A DNA stretch of 64,000 nt. Source: the human T2T-CHM13v2.0 reference genome, Homo sapiens. The stretch is from contig CP068257.2 in assembly GCA_009914755.4 (NCBI GenBank), positions 13,920,001 through 13,984,000 on the forward strand, written 5' to 3'. Shown in pieces: positions 12,439-24,147 of the stretch; positions within the stretch are counted from its first letter, which is position 1, and each line of letters starts with the position of its first letter. The translations under genes and the position numbers were made by a program. The notes under the pieces were generated by a model, which saw nothing but the letters and a program-made list of their open reading frames with translations, had not been told where the DNA came from and did no database searches.

Positions 12439-14299
12439 AGAGGAACAGAATATTAAGGATGGAGTTCTTTCATTGGTTTTGGGGTTTCTGGAATTGTCTG
12501 CTTAATATGATTAGAGCCTAAAATGCTAAAGTCTCTGCTTCCAATAGTATGGAGAAAACTGATAGTTCTTGGCATGAACTGTTTAGAGAGTTATGCAAGA
12601 TAAATGCATTTGACACTCCTGATTCACCGCTCATGAGATGCAAGTTTAGTGACTCTATACATAATACCTTTGACCATATGTAGAGAACCAAAGAACATAA
12701 TGAAGTTGGTTGGTTGCTCCTAAGTTCACTGGACAAAGTGATGAGAGAAAATGATGAACTCAAGGATTCTAACTCCAGGCTACAGAAGCAGATACTTAGC
12801 TTCAAATCTACTAAGATTGCCCTGAGTGAGAAAGAGCTGTAGAGAAAGAGCTGAAATTGTGGAAAAACAGACACAAACTCTTATCATGCGAGGGGCTGGC
12901 ATGCAATGAAAGATGCATGCACAGCCTCACCAGGTGTCTACTGTTAAAGTGAGGGCATTGACTGGAAAAGAATGGGACCTTGCAACTTGAAATGGGGATG
13001 TATGGGAGGACCCTGATGAAGCTGGGGACACTGAGTTTGTAAACTCTGATGAAACTTTTTTACCAGAAGGAATAGCTTCCCCATCCCCAGTAGTGGCAAC
13101 ATCCCCTCTCTAACCCATGCTGCCATCAGCCTTTCCACCTGTGTCTGAGGGGATAAAGCTTGTACTGTCTGAGGCAACAGTGGTGGACCGCTTGAGCCAG
13201 TTGCCAGGCAGGATAATGTTGATTCTCCTCTGGAACCACCCCCAAAACCCCTGTTTGCTTCTAGAACTATAACTAGACTAAAGTCTGGGCAGGCCCTTAG
13301 AGGTGAGGTTCAGAGTGTGACCCATGAGGAGGTGTGGGACACTTGAAAAGAACTGCTTGAGTTTTCCAATGTACACAAGCAGAAATCTGGAGAACAGGCA
13401 TGAGAATGGATATTAAAGTTGTAGAATAATGGTGGAAGGAACACAGAGTTGGATCAGGCTAAATTTATTGATTTGGGCCCACTAGGTAGGGATTCTGCAT
13501 TTAATGTTGAAGCTCAGGGAGTTGAAAAAGATTCTAATAATTTATTTGCTTGGTTAGCCGAAATACGGATTCCAAGATGGCTCACTCTGAGTGAGCTGGA
13601 ATTGCCTCATCTGCCTTGGTTTAATGTAGACGAAGGGATCCAAAGGCTTAGGGAGATTGGGATGGTGGAGTAGATAAGTCACTTTAGATCCACTCATCCC
13701 AGCTGGTAGGGTACAGAAGATATACCCTTGACCAACGCTTTGGGAAACAAATTTGTGAGGGCAGCACCTGCCTCTTAGAAGAGCCCTGTAATTGCTCTTC
13801 TCTGTATGTCAGATCTAAAAGTGGAAACCACAGTCATTCAACTTCAATATTTAAATACAATGGGTATAATTGGATCCCGAGCTGCTAAGGGCCAAGTGGC
13901 AGCACTCAAACAACAAAGGCAAGGTGGGCTACTGTAATGGGTGGCAGAGGCAAGGCAGCAATCAGAATAGTCTGACTTGTGTAGACCTCTGGCATTGGTT
14001 AATTAATCAAGGTGTTCCTAGAAGTGAAATCGATGGGAAGCCTACTGTATTCCTACTTAATTTATATAAGCAGAAAACTTCTAGATCAAATGGACAAAGA
14101 CTAATGTGAATTATAAAACCAGAAAATCATGGCCCCTCAATCAATTTCCACACTTGAGCCAATTTACAGACCCAGAAACCCTTGAATGAAGAGGAAGCCA
14201 GGTCTCCTTGAGGAAGGACCCCACTACACTACTGACAATTTATGCTGTTAATCTTTCTCCCATTCTTCCCCAAAGGGTCCTCTAGTCTTTTACCACTGG

Positions 14300-14560
14300 G
14301 GAAAGGGAAATGATCAGACATTCTGAGGACTGCTGGGCACTGGCTCTGAGGGGATGTTGATTTCAGGGGACTGAAAAGGTCATTGTGGTCCTCCAGTTAA
14401 AGTAGTGGCTTATGGAGGTCAGGTAATTAATGGGGTTTTAGCTCAGGTCTGATTTACACTGGGTCCCCGGACTCATCCTGTGGTCATTTCCCCAGTGCCA
14501 GAATGCAGAATTGGCATAGACACACTTAGCAGCTGCCAAAACCCCCACATTGGCTCCCTG
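14300..14560 (+). pseudogene. Retroviral protease remnant (degenerate active-site region)
   Basis: Translation gives '...LLGTGSEGMLISGD...VVAYGGQVINGV...ECRIGIDTLS...'. 'LLGTGSE' is a decayed LLDTGA-type motif and 'GIDTL' is the second protease motif. The frame is interrupted. Confidence 0.45.
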
Positions 14561-14583
14561 ACTGGTAAGATGAGGGGTATTAA

Positions 14584-15215
14584 GTGGGAAAGGCCAAATG
14601 GAAGCCATTAGAGCTCCCTCAACCTAGAAAAATGGTAAATCAAAAACGATATCACATCCCTGGAGGGACTGCAGAGATTAGTGGCACCATCAAGAAGTTG
14701 AAAAATGCAGGGGTGGTGATTCCCACTACATCCCCACTCAACTCTCCCATTTGGCCTGTGCAGAAGACAGATGGATCTTGGAGAATGACCATGGATTATC
14801 ATAAGCTTAACCAAGTGGTGACTCCAATTGCAGTTGCTGTACCATATGTGGTTGCATTGCTTGAGCAAATTAACACATTTTCTTGTACCTGGTATGCAGC
14901 CATCGACTTGGCAAATACCTTTTTCTCCTTTTCTGTTCATAAGGCCCAAAGAAGTAATTTGCCTTCAGCAGGCAAGGCCAGCAATATACCTTTACTGTCC
15001 ACCCTTAGTGGTATATCAACTCTCTGGCTTTGTGTCATTACCTGATTTGGAGAGATTTTGATCACTTTTTGCTTCTACAAGATATCACACTGGTCCATTA
15101 CATTGATGACATTATGCTGATTGGATCCATTGAGCAAAAGGTAGCAAACACACTGGACTTACTGGCAAGACATTTGTGTGCCAGAAAATGGGAAATAAAT
15201 CTGACTAAAATTTAG
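14584..15215 (+). pseudogene. Reverse transcriptase remnant of pol (frameshifted)
   Basis: ORF 14584-15045 reads '...VIPTTSPLNSPIWPVQKTDGSWRMTMDYHKLNQVVTPIAVAVPYVVALLEQIN...WYAAIDLANTFFS'. ORF 15030-15215 reads '...LVHYIDDIMLIGSIEQ...', with the YxDD box at about 15096-15110. Confidence 0.8.
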
Positions 15216-16264
15216 GGACCCTCCACCTCAGTAAAATTTCTAGGTGTCCAGTGGTGTGGGGTCTGTTGAGATATTCTTTCTAAGGTGAAGGATAAGTTGC
15301 TGCATTTGGCCCCTCCTACAACCAAGAAAAAGACACAATGCCTAGGGGCTTATTTGGATTTTGGAGGCAACACATTCCTCATTTGGGTGTGTTACTCCAG
15401 CCCATTTATAGAGTGACCCCAAAGCTGCCAGTTTGGAGTGGGGTCCAGAACAGGAGAAGGCTCTGCAACAGATCCAGGCTGCTGTGGAAGCTCTCTGCTA
15501 CTTGGGCCATATGACCCAGCAGATCCAATGGTGCTGAGGTGTCAGTGACTGATAGGGATGCAGTTTGTAGCCTTTGGCAGGCCCCCATAGGTGAATCACA
15601 GAAGAGGCCCTGCCGTCTTCTGCAGATAACTACTCTCCTTTTGAGAGACAGCTCTTGGCCTGTTACTGGGCTTCGGTGGAAACTGAACATTTGACTATGG
15701 GTTATCAAGTCACCATACAACTTGAACTGCCTATCATGAACTGGGTGCTTTCTGACCCATCTAGCCATAAACTGGGTCATGCAAAGCAGCATTCCATCAT
15801 CAAATGGAAGTGGTATATACGTGATCGGGCTCGAGCAGGTCCTGAAGGCACAGGTAAGTTACATGAGGAAGTGGCTCAAATGCCCATGGTCTCCACTCCT
15901 GCCACCCTGCCTTCTCTCTCCCAGCCTGCACTGATGGCCTCATAGAGAGTTCCCTATGATCAGCTAACAGAGGGAGAGAAGATTAGGACCTGGTTCACAG
16001 ATGATTCTGCATGATATGCAGGCACCACACAAAAGTGGACAGCTGCAGCACAACAGCCCCTTTCTAGGACATCCCTGCAGGACAGCGGTGAAGGAGTCTT
16101 CCCAGTGAGCAGAACCTCAAGCAGTGTACCTGGTTGTGCAGGTTGCATAGAAAGAGAAAGGGCCAGATATGCGGTTATATACTGATTCATAGGCTGTAGC
16201 CAGTGGTTTGGCTGGTCAGGGACTTGGAAGAAGCATGATTGGAAAATTGGTGACAAAGAAATTT

Positions 16265-16442
16265 GGGGAAGAGATATGTGGATGGACCTCTCTGAGTGGT
16301 CATAACTGAAGATATTTCTATTCCATGTGAGTGCTCACCAACGGGTGACCTTGGGGAAGAGATATGTGGATGGACCTCTCTGAGTGGTCATAACTGTGAA
16401 GATATTTGTGTTCCATGTGAGTGCTCACCAACGGGTGACCTT
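16265..16442 (+). repeat. Tandem duplication of about 89 bp (2 copies) inside pol
   Basis: 'ggggaagagatatgtggatggacctctctgagtggtcataactgaagatatttctattccatgtgagtgctcaccaacgggtgacctt' is repeated directly as '...cataactgtgaagatatttgtgttccatgtgagtgctcaccaacgggtgacctt'. Confidence 0.85.
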
Positions 16443-16881
16443 AGCAGAGGAAGAGTTTAATAATCAAGTGGATAGAATGACCAGTTCTGTGGACACCATT
16501 CAGCCTCTTTCCCCAGCCACCTCTGTCATAGCCCAGTGGTCCCATGAACAAAGTGGCCATGGTGGCAGGGATGGAGTTTACATATGGGCTCAGCAACATG
16601 GACTTCCACTCACCAAGGCTAACCTGGCTATGGCAACTGCTGAGTGCCCAGTTTTCCAAAAGCAGAGACCAGCACTGAGCCCTCAATATGGCATCATTTC
16701 TCAGGGTGATCAGCCAGCTACTTGGTGGCAGGTTGATTATATTGGACCTCTTCCATCATGGAAAGGGAAGAGGTTTGTCCTCACTAGAATAGACACTTAC
16801 TGGGTTTGCCTATTCTGCAACCAGTGCTTCTGCGAAGACTACCATCTGTGGGCTCACGGAATGCCTTATCCACCATCATGA
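16384..16881 (+). pseudogene. Integrase remnant of pol
   Basis: ORF translation reads '...AQWSHEQSGHGGRDGVYIWAQQHGLPLTKANLAMATAECPVFQKQ...ATWWQVDYIGPLPSWKGKRFVLTRIDTYW...'. It carries a zinc-finger-like H..H..C motif and DDE-core-like residues, and it is truncated. Confidence 0.65.
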
Positions 16882-17099
16882 TATTCCACACAGCATTGCC
16901 TCTGACCAAGGCACTCACTTTACGGCTAAAGCAGTGTGGCAGTGGGCTCATGCTCATGGAATTCACTAGCCTTACCATGTTCCCCATCATCCTGAAGAGG
17001 CTGGATTGATGAACGGGAGAATGGCTTTTAGAAGTCACAAGTACAACACCAACTAAGTGACAATACTTTGCATGCCTGGGCAAAGTTCTCCAGAAGGTC

Positions 17100-17450
17100 G
17101 TGTGTGCTCTGCATCAGCATCCAATATATGGCACTGTTTGTCCCATAGCCAGGATTCACAGGTCCAGGAATCAAGGGGTGGAAGTGGAAGTGGCACCACT
17201 CACCATCACCCCAAGTGATCCACTAGCAAGATTTTTGCTTCCCGTTCCCACAATATTACATTCTGCCGGCCTAGAGGTCTTAGTTCCAGAAGGAGGAACA
17301 CTGCCACTGGGAGACACAACAACAATTCCATTTAACTGGAAGCTAAGATTGCCACCTGGACACTTTAGGCTCCTCCTACCTTTAAATCAACAGGCTAAGA
17401 AGGGTGTTACGGTGTTTGCTGGGGTGATTGAGGCTATTAAGATGAAATAA
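17100..17450 (+). pseudogene. dUTPase-like domain downstream of integrase (ERV-L hallmark), degenerate
   Basis: ORF reads '...ILHSAGLEVLVPEGGTLPLGDTTTIPFNWKLRLPPGHFRLLLPLNQQAKKGVTVFAGVIEAIK'. It resembles dUTPase motifs: AGxDL-like 'AGLEV', 'PPGHF.LLLP...AKKGVTV.AGVIE' and a GVID-like 'GVIE'. Confidence 0.55.
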
Positions 17451-17907
17451 GTCTACTACTCCACAACAGAGTTAAGGAAGAGCATGCATGGAATACAGGA
17501 GATCCATTAGGATGTCTCTTAGTATTACTATGCCGTGTGATTAAAGTCAATGGAAAACTGCAACAGCCCAATCCAGGCAGGACTACCAATGGCCCATCAG
17601 GAATGAAGGATTGGGTCACTCCACCAGGAAAAAAAACTACGACCTGCTGAGGTGCTTGCTGATGGGAATACAGAATGTGTGGTAGAAGAGGGTAATAATT
17701 AATACCAATTATGATCACGTGGTCAGTTACAGAAAGGAGGACTGTAATTGTCATGAGTATATCCACCTTCTTTTGTTAAAAACATGTTTGTGCATGGATA
17801 CACTTGTACTAAGAAAATATCTTCATTTTATTTCCTTTTTCCTTTATCCTGTGACATAAGATTTATTGACTTCATATCAGCATTTAAGTATTGTTGACTT
17901 TATGTAA

Positions 17908-17952
17908 TAGCATTTGCGTCGAGGATTGGTGCATTTGCGTCGAGGATTGGTG
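17908..17952 (+). repeat. 22-bp tandem duplication
   Basis: 'catttgcgtcgaggattggtg' occurs twice in direct succession. Confidence 0.8.
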
Positions 17953-18083
17953 CATTTTCGGTTGTATGAAAGATAGTTGTATCCTGTTAGGTGTAATTAT
18001 AACTTTATTACTGTCTTTATTTGAAGATTATGTATGATCTCAGGAGATGTGTATGGGTTCAAGTTGAAAAGGGAGTAGACTAG

Positions 18084-18540
18084 TGATGGTTAATACTGAG
18101 TGTCAACTTGATTGGATTGAAGGATGCAAAGTATTGATCTTGGATGTATCTGCTAGGTGTTGTCAAAGGAGATTAACATTTGAGTCAGTGGACTGGGAAA
18201 GGCAGACTCACCCTTTATCTGGGTGGGCACCACCTAATCAGCTGCCAGAGCAGCCAGAATATAAAGCAGGCAGAAAAAACAGAAAAGGCTAGACTGGCTT
18301 AGCCTCCCAGCCTACATCTTTCTCCTGTGCTGGATGCTTCCTGCCCTCAAACATCAGACTCCAAGTTCTTCAGCTCTGGACTGGCTTCATTGCTCCTCAC
18401 CTTGCAGACAGCCTATTGTGAGGCCTTATTATTGTGTGAGTTAACACTCCTTAATAAGCTCATATATATATATAATATATACTAATAAGAGATATATATA
18501 AATCCTATTAGTTATGTCCCTCTAGAGAACTCTAATACAA
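18084..18540 (+). repeat. HERV-L 3' LTR (MLT2-type), with internal (TA)n expansion near its 3' end
   Basis: 'tgatggttaatactgagtgtcaacttgattggattgaaggatgcaaagtattgatcttgg...ctcatatatatatataatatatactaataagagatatatataaatcctattagttatgtccctctagagaactctaatacaa'. A purine tract 'aaaagggag' lies just upstream at 18067-18075. Confidence 0.7.
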
Positions 18541-20775
18541 TGCTCAAGCAATGAAATTTGTATATAAATTATGATATATTTTTATAATGCAATATTATCC
18601 ACCCATTTAAAATTATGTTGTGGAAGAGTAATCTATATAAAGAGGTTTATTACACAGCATTAATTGACAATGAAACAGTTTACCAAGTACTAAGTAATGT
18701 GAAGTTCAATTTTTGTGTTCTCTTTGGTGTTCACACCAAAAGGATCTCTTTGTAGTCCTCTTAATAACTTTTTGCTGCATTATCAAATCCCTAAGATACA
18801 AAAAAACAAATTCTTGAGTTTTACCTAACCTAAACTAGGTTTAACCTTAATTATTTTTAACCAAATTTCAGTCAAATTTTGATGTTTTTGTTTCCCTATC
18901 TCTTCTTTCCCTTCTTCTATTTTGTACCCTTGTTCTCTTTCAGCAAGGTTTTTTTTTTAACCTTTTTTTTTTGTTTTTTTTTTTCCATTTCCATTGATCG
19001 AATTGGGAGCAATTATGAAAAGCATTTTAGAAGTTATTGCTTATTAAAAGAAATTACTACTACATCACCTTGCTTCCACCTCCATCTTTATCAGTGCAGA
19101 TACCAAGAGCCTGAATACTTCTTTGACTTGCCCCTCTGCCTCAAAAGCCATGTCCAAACCTGATGTCATAATTCTGAAATGTGTTCAGAACCCACTGCTC
19201 TTCTTTAATACTGCTGTAACTGTGTGTTGTGAGCAGCGAAAGATGAGACGTAACCAAGTCTGTGCATGTTTGTATCTTTCCACAAGGTCAGATTTTCCTT
19301 GGTGTTATTTCAATTGCAAAAGTCACGGCTACATGGAGTTCCCAAGGAAGCAATTCTCCTTAGCACTACCTGTTCACTCAGTAGTTAGCGCCATGGGCAC
19401 ACGGGCTCAAGCCACAAGTCAGTCAATATTGCAAATCACACATTGTAGTATAATTAATATATAAATGTTATAGATTAAATATTCCATATCAGACAAACAA
19501 TTAACATCAAGACGAAAAGGATTAGGAAAATGGGGTCAAATGAACCAGTGCAAGGAGAGTGACATGGACAAGGAGAGTGTCCTGGCCTGATCCTGATGGA
19601 TGTCAATGACTTCCACTGAAGAGTCTTTTATTTGGGCAGAGCCTTCAGCCTCAGATGCCAGGTGCTAATCACAAGTGACAGCATAACCGTGTCTATCAAG
19701 ATGGCCGTCTTGAGCTGGTGAAGTCTTGCTATTCTTATGGCCCCGGAGTCTTCTGGTGAGGACTGAATTGATAGTAAAGAGTGTGCCTGGTTATGTCCTT
19801 ATCTGATTGATTGCTGTCTCTATTGATTAGGCGAACATCTGATCGCTGTTGGTATGATGCCTGTTGGTATGATGCATTCTGAAACATAAGATGAGTCTTT
19901 TTCTAAGATGGAGTTACAGATGTCAAGGGTGCTCTATAAACAGCACCATTCAGTCCTTCAACACTTTTCACAGGTATATCTATAACCTACCAATAGACCT
20001 CATTGCTAACAATCTCCTCCCCTGTCCAATCCATACCTCAGCCTGAAAGTTCTTTCTAGAATACTGATTAATCATGCCATTTGTCTGCTTTTTGGAGAAA
20101 GTTAGAACTTCTGAGAATGGATTTCAAAGCTTTTGAGCCCAACCTGATTTTCCAACCTCACCTCAGTTTATCACTCCCTGCCTACCATACCAAACTCCGC
20201 CCATCTCAGAAAGTATAGGAACTTTTGAAGAAGTGTTTCTGATGGAATAGTCTAAACAGTATGCACATTTTGCCAGGCCGTGTGTGTGGTACCACTGTAA
20301 ATTTTATAATGACACTAGATTTTCCAACCATTTGTTTTTCATCCAAGTATTTCTGATCGTTTTAGTAATAGCAAATTTTTTCACAGTAATTTGTTTTATA
20401 AGCATCAGGTAGGATCAGATCTCCCTCATGCAAACACATTATCATCTCTTTAACTTGTGCGGCCCTCACTCCATCCTCCACCCTTTTTCCTTTCAGGAGA
20501 AACTTACTTTGTGGTTTCACTCTTATTTTATTTGTTTAAAATGTCCCATCCTGTTAAGCAAAGGATTATTTCTCCAAATGACCTGTATCTTTTCATATTT
20601 TTCTCTTTTTTTTGCTCATGATGTTATCTCTACTTGAAAATTCCTTGATATTTGTCTTCAGTGAGCTAAATCCTACAGACATTCAATGCTTACCCCAGAC
20701 ATTACTCCCTCTTCAAAGGTTTCCCTCTTGATATTCCTAACACATCACCTCACATGTGAGTAGAAAGTTGAATTT

Positions 20776-20809
20776 ATTAGGTTGGTGCCAACGTTTGCAC
20801 CAACCTAAT
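20776..20809. mobile_element. MADE1-like (Hsmar1-derived) miniature palindromic element, internally deleted, flanked by TA
   Basis: 'ta-ttaggttggtgccaacgtttgcaccaacctaa-ta' is a near-perfect 30-bp palindrome. Its arms match the mariner MADE1 terminal inverted repeat 'ttaggttggtgcaaa', and a TA dinucleotide sits on both sides. Confidence 0.55.
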
Positions 20810-20914
20810 ACTTAATCTCCTCATTACTACCACTAACAGAGTCTCAAAAAAGGAAGACATACCTATAACAAAAGTCTAGAAGCAAAAGTTTTGGAGTTAA
20901 ATGACCTGCTTTTG

Positions 20915-21253
<339 letters not shown>

Positions 21254-21424
21254 TCAAATTTCAATCTACTCTCTTTCTCTTTTGTATTCCCATTGCTCTT
21301 TGTAAATACTCTCTTGAAACATTTAACACACTCCTTTTCTCTCACCATACATAAAATCAGGTGGTATGTGTTAATTCATTTCTGACTTTTTCAGGCCTTA
21401 ATAATCATTAAAAACAATTAAAGA

Positions 21425-21478
21425 AGATAAGAAGGAAGGAAGGAATGAAGGAAAGAAGGAAGGAAGGAAGGAACGAAG
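21425..21478. repeat. (GGAA)n / (GAAG)n microsatellite
   Basis: 'gaaggaaggaaggaatgaaggaaagaaggaaggaaggaaggaacgaagg' read directly. Confidence 0.9.
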
Positions 21479-22479
21479 GAAATCATTCTATTCAGATTTC
21501 TAATAGCCTGTCTATCTAAACTTGGAGTTGAGGTAATGTATGATCCAAGAGGAAAAAGAAGCAACACGGATAGCTTAAGCGAAAATTAAATTCCTGTAAA
21601 GGGTGAAAGTTTACACTTTCTTTTTAGGTGGAAGCTTGATTAGACCACTAGAAAAAAAAAAGAGTTAAATTACTTCTTTCTCTTCCAATAGTCTTGTTTA
21701 TTACATTGCAGCAAACGTTTGTATATGGAATTGCTTTTTAAAAGCAGGAAATCTGCTTCTCTGTGAACACTGGTTTGTAGCTCCTTTTTCATTTTCTTGA
21801 CTAACAACTCAGTTCTATAAATTGTTTCAGTAGTTCAATAAACAAGTGCTAAATTGTGAGCTCCCTAAGGATAATGACTGTGTCTTATTCAGTAATGTTT
21901 ACCAGGAGCCTCACTAATACCAGGAAGGCAAGTTTGCCTACATTTACTCGAGAATATATTGTTGTTAATTCTCTAAAGACCAGTGGAGTACATGTTCTCT
22001 CAATGTCTATCCACATGGCAAAACTGTGTGAGGAATAACAACCAGACAGACCTCAAATTTGCTCATTTGATGATTTATCTTGTTTGATGAAAGGCACGAT
22101 AGCCTAAGAAAACTCTCTTTTCTCAGATACTATTTGCCTCAGATCAATAGTATGCAGAAAATACCATCACAGGACAAAAGAAAATTGTCTTGACTGCAAC
22201 TAGAGCACAAAGGGGAAAAAGATGTAACAATCTAAATTTCAAGAAAGAAGTCTCAGTTAAAAGCATTGCTCTCAGAAGTCTTTTCTGGTGCCTCTGCAGA
22301 TGATCCTATTAGATGCTAGCAATTGCTAAGATTGAAATACTCCAAGGTGAGAGAGAATGCTTCGGAAACACAGACTAGATGGCCTATGATTCGTTAACTT
22401 TATTAAACAGCACTGTATTTCCTGAACAAACAAAAGAGTACACTGGTATGTTCCTGAACTTTTAAAGTTTTGCATTTGA

Positions 22480-23395
22480 TGGAGTTCAGGACACACTAAC
22501 CCAGGATGTGGCATCTTGACATTTGAGAAAATAGTAGAAACATGAAGGTCACTCTCACCTTCCCCTTGCCCCTTCTCCTCTGAAGCAGGCCATAAAATGT
22601 AGAAATAATTCTCTGACCTTCTCTCCTGTAGCAGAGAATAAAATCAGCTGACTTTCCCGTGAAGCAGATCATAAAATCCTGTTTCCTGAGGTGCCCTCCT
22701 TGTACCTGGAGGGAAAGAATGTTCTTATCTCTGAAGTCAGAGGGACACAGAGAAGAATCTGAGCAAACAGGCCTTGCTAAGATGGGGTTTGTTACCATTA
22801 GATCATACCTTGTTAGTCCAATTACACTTCTGCACAACTCTCCACTCTTCCTCCTACCTAAGCATAAAAATATACGAGTTTCCCTGTTTCTTGGGGTCTT
22901 CATTTCTTATTTTACTTTGTTTGTTTCTTTCTTTTTTTTTTTTTCTTTTTTCAAGTAGGAGTCTTGCTCTGTCACCCAGGCTGGAGTGCAATGACACGAT
23001 CTCAGCTCACTGCAAGCTCCGCCTCCTGGGTTCAAGAGATTCACCTGTCTCAACCTCCTGAGCAGCTAGGATTACAGGCATGCACCACCACTCCCAGCTA
23101 ATTTTTGTATTTTTATTAGAGACAGGGTTTCACCATGTTGGCCAAGATGGTCTCGAACTTCTGACCTCAAGTGATCAACCTGCCTCTGCCTCCCAAAGTG
23201 CTGGGATTACAGACGTGAGCCACTGTATCCGGTGGGTCTTCATTTCTGAAGGCTCCCATGTCAGGCAAAACTTATATTAAATAGATTTGTTTTTCTCTTG
23301 TTAATCTATCTTTTGTTACAGGTGCCTTAGCTGGGAACATTGAAACAGGTAAGGAAAAGATTAACACTTTTTCTCCTTTGCACATTTAACTTAAT
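22480..23395. repeat. Unclassified LTR-like repeat, copy 1 (about 590 bp once the nested Alu is removed)
   Basis: Homologous to 28722-29124 plus 31936-32030. Compare '...ggacacactaacccaggatgtggcatcttgacatttgagaaaatagtagaaacatgaaggtcactctcaccttcccc...' with '...ggacatgttaccccaacatgtgagaccttggcttttgagaaaacagcagaggcagaaaggtcactctcactttccc...', and '...cttatattaaatagatttgtttttctcttgttaatctatc...' with '...tttatattaaatgaattt[L1]...gttaatctgtc...'. The family is not recognised. Confidence 0.4.
22908..23233 (-). mobile_element. Alu (antisense) nested in LTR-like copy 1, with target-site duplication
   Basis: Degenerate T-rich tail 'tattttactttgtttgtttctttcttttttttttttttcttttttcaagtagg', then 'agtcttgctctgtcacccaggctggagtgcaatgacacgatctcagctcactgcaagctccgcctcctgggttcaag...cccaaagtgctgggattacagacgtgagccactgtatccgg'. 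The duplication 'gggtcttcatttct' lies at 22894-22907 and 23234-23247. Confidence 0.9.
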
Positions 23396-24147
23396 TAGAG
23401 TACACCAGACTCCAAGTCTCTCTTACTTCTTGCTTTCTTACCCCATGCCTAGCTTTAATTCAAATTTGGTTTAAATGGTTAATTGCCTTAGAAGCCTGGT
23501 AAAGTAGTTTTTATGTTAACTAAACATCAAATGTGAGTAAATCACTCTGCTAGATGCTTTACATAGTCTACCCAATTTTCCCTTAAACAACTTCCCAAGG
23601 CTTATGTTTTTTTTCCTATTTATTCTTAGGAAAACTAAGAGTCAAGTGATCAAGTAACCATCAAGGAAACATTCATAATCTTTCCATTGGACCAGGTCTA
23701 TCTCCATGTTTATTCAACACACAGTGGCGTCAAATGGTATCCTCTTTATAAAACTTGCTCAAATTAGGGATTCTTCCCCCTCCTTCCCCATCTCCACCTG
23801 GAACTCCAAGGTATGAGAGCAATCTGGCTCATCCCTTCAATCTCCCAGGTGAACCAGCATCCAAAGAATTCCTAGCAAGAACAACTTGGCATAGTGAAAA
23901 ACAACGTGCCAGTTGAGGAATTAGATGTTCTGGGCTCCATTCACCTGACCAGCTGTGTTACCTCTGCCTGATGATTTAACTGCTCTTAGCCTTATGTTCC
24001 TTATCTTTCACTGAGGTTAACCATCTAGTTACATAGAATATTTTAGTTTGAGTTATAATGGAATCTCTAAGAGAATAGGTATATGTTGTAAGTATTCTTT
24101 AAATTAACATTTAATCCATAAACTGCAAATTAGGGACATTGCCCACA

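Larger units (their letters stand above)
11962..18540 (+). mobile_element. Endogenous retrovirus provirus, ERV-L (HERV-L-like, class III): LTR-gag-pro-pol-dUTPase-LTR, no env
   Basis: Two homologous LTRs (11962-12415 and 18084-18540), roughly 455 bp each and about 90% identical, share the same orientation. A tRNA-Leu-like primer-binding site follows the 5' LTR. The internal frames are interrupted but recognisable: a protease motif, RT with a YIDD box, integrase and a dUTPase-like domain downstream of integrase. A purine tract lies before the 3' LTR. The internal region of about 5.7 kb has no env-like ORF, which fits ERV-L. Confidence 0.8.

Noticed and set aside
14584-17450. HERV-L pol ORFs (RT 14584-15215, IN 16384-16881, dUTPase 17100-17450) as functional coding genes
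   Set aside because: Frames are short (61-165 aa) and separated by frameshifts and stops, the protease motif is mutated (LLGTGS), and a ~89-bp internal duplication shifts the frame. These are annotated as pseudogene remnants only.
19560-19990. LTR-like segment ('...ggcagagccttcagcctcagatgccaggtgctaatcacaagtgacagc...caagatggccgtcttgagctggtg...') with an internal 14-bp duplication 'tgttggtatgatgc' x2 at 19851-19878
   Set aside because: I could not match it to any family or find terminal TG..CA ends or target-site duplications. It is left unannotated apart from this note.
23870-24010. Possible additional MIR fragments (also around 51400-51520 and 53225-53300)
   Set aside because: Similarity to the MIR core is short and weak by eye ('...gtgttacctctgcctgatgatttaactgctcttagccttatgttccttatctttcactgag'). 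I could not support these at a confidence worth listing as features.
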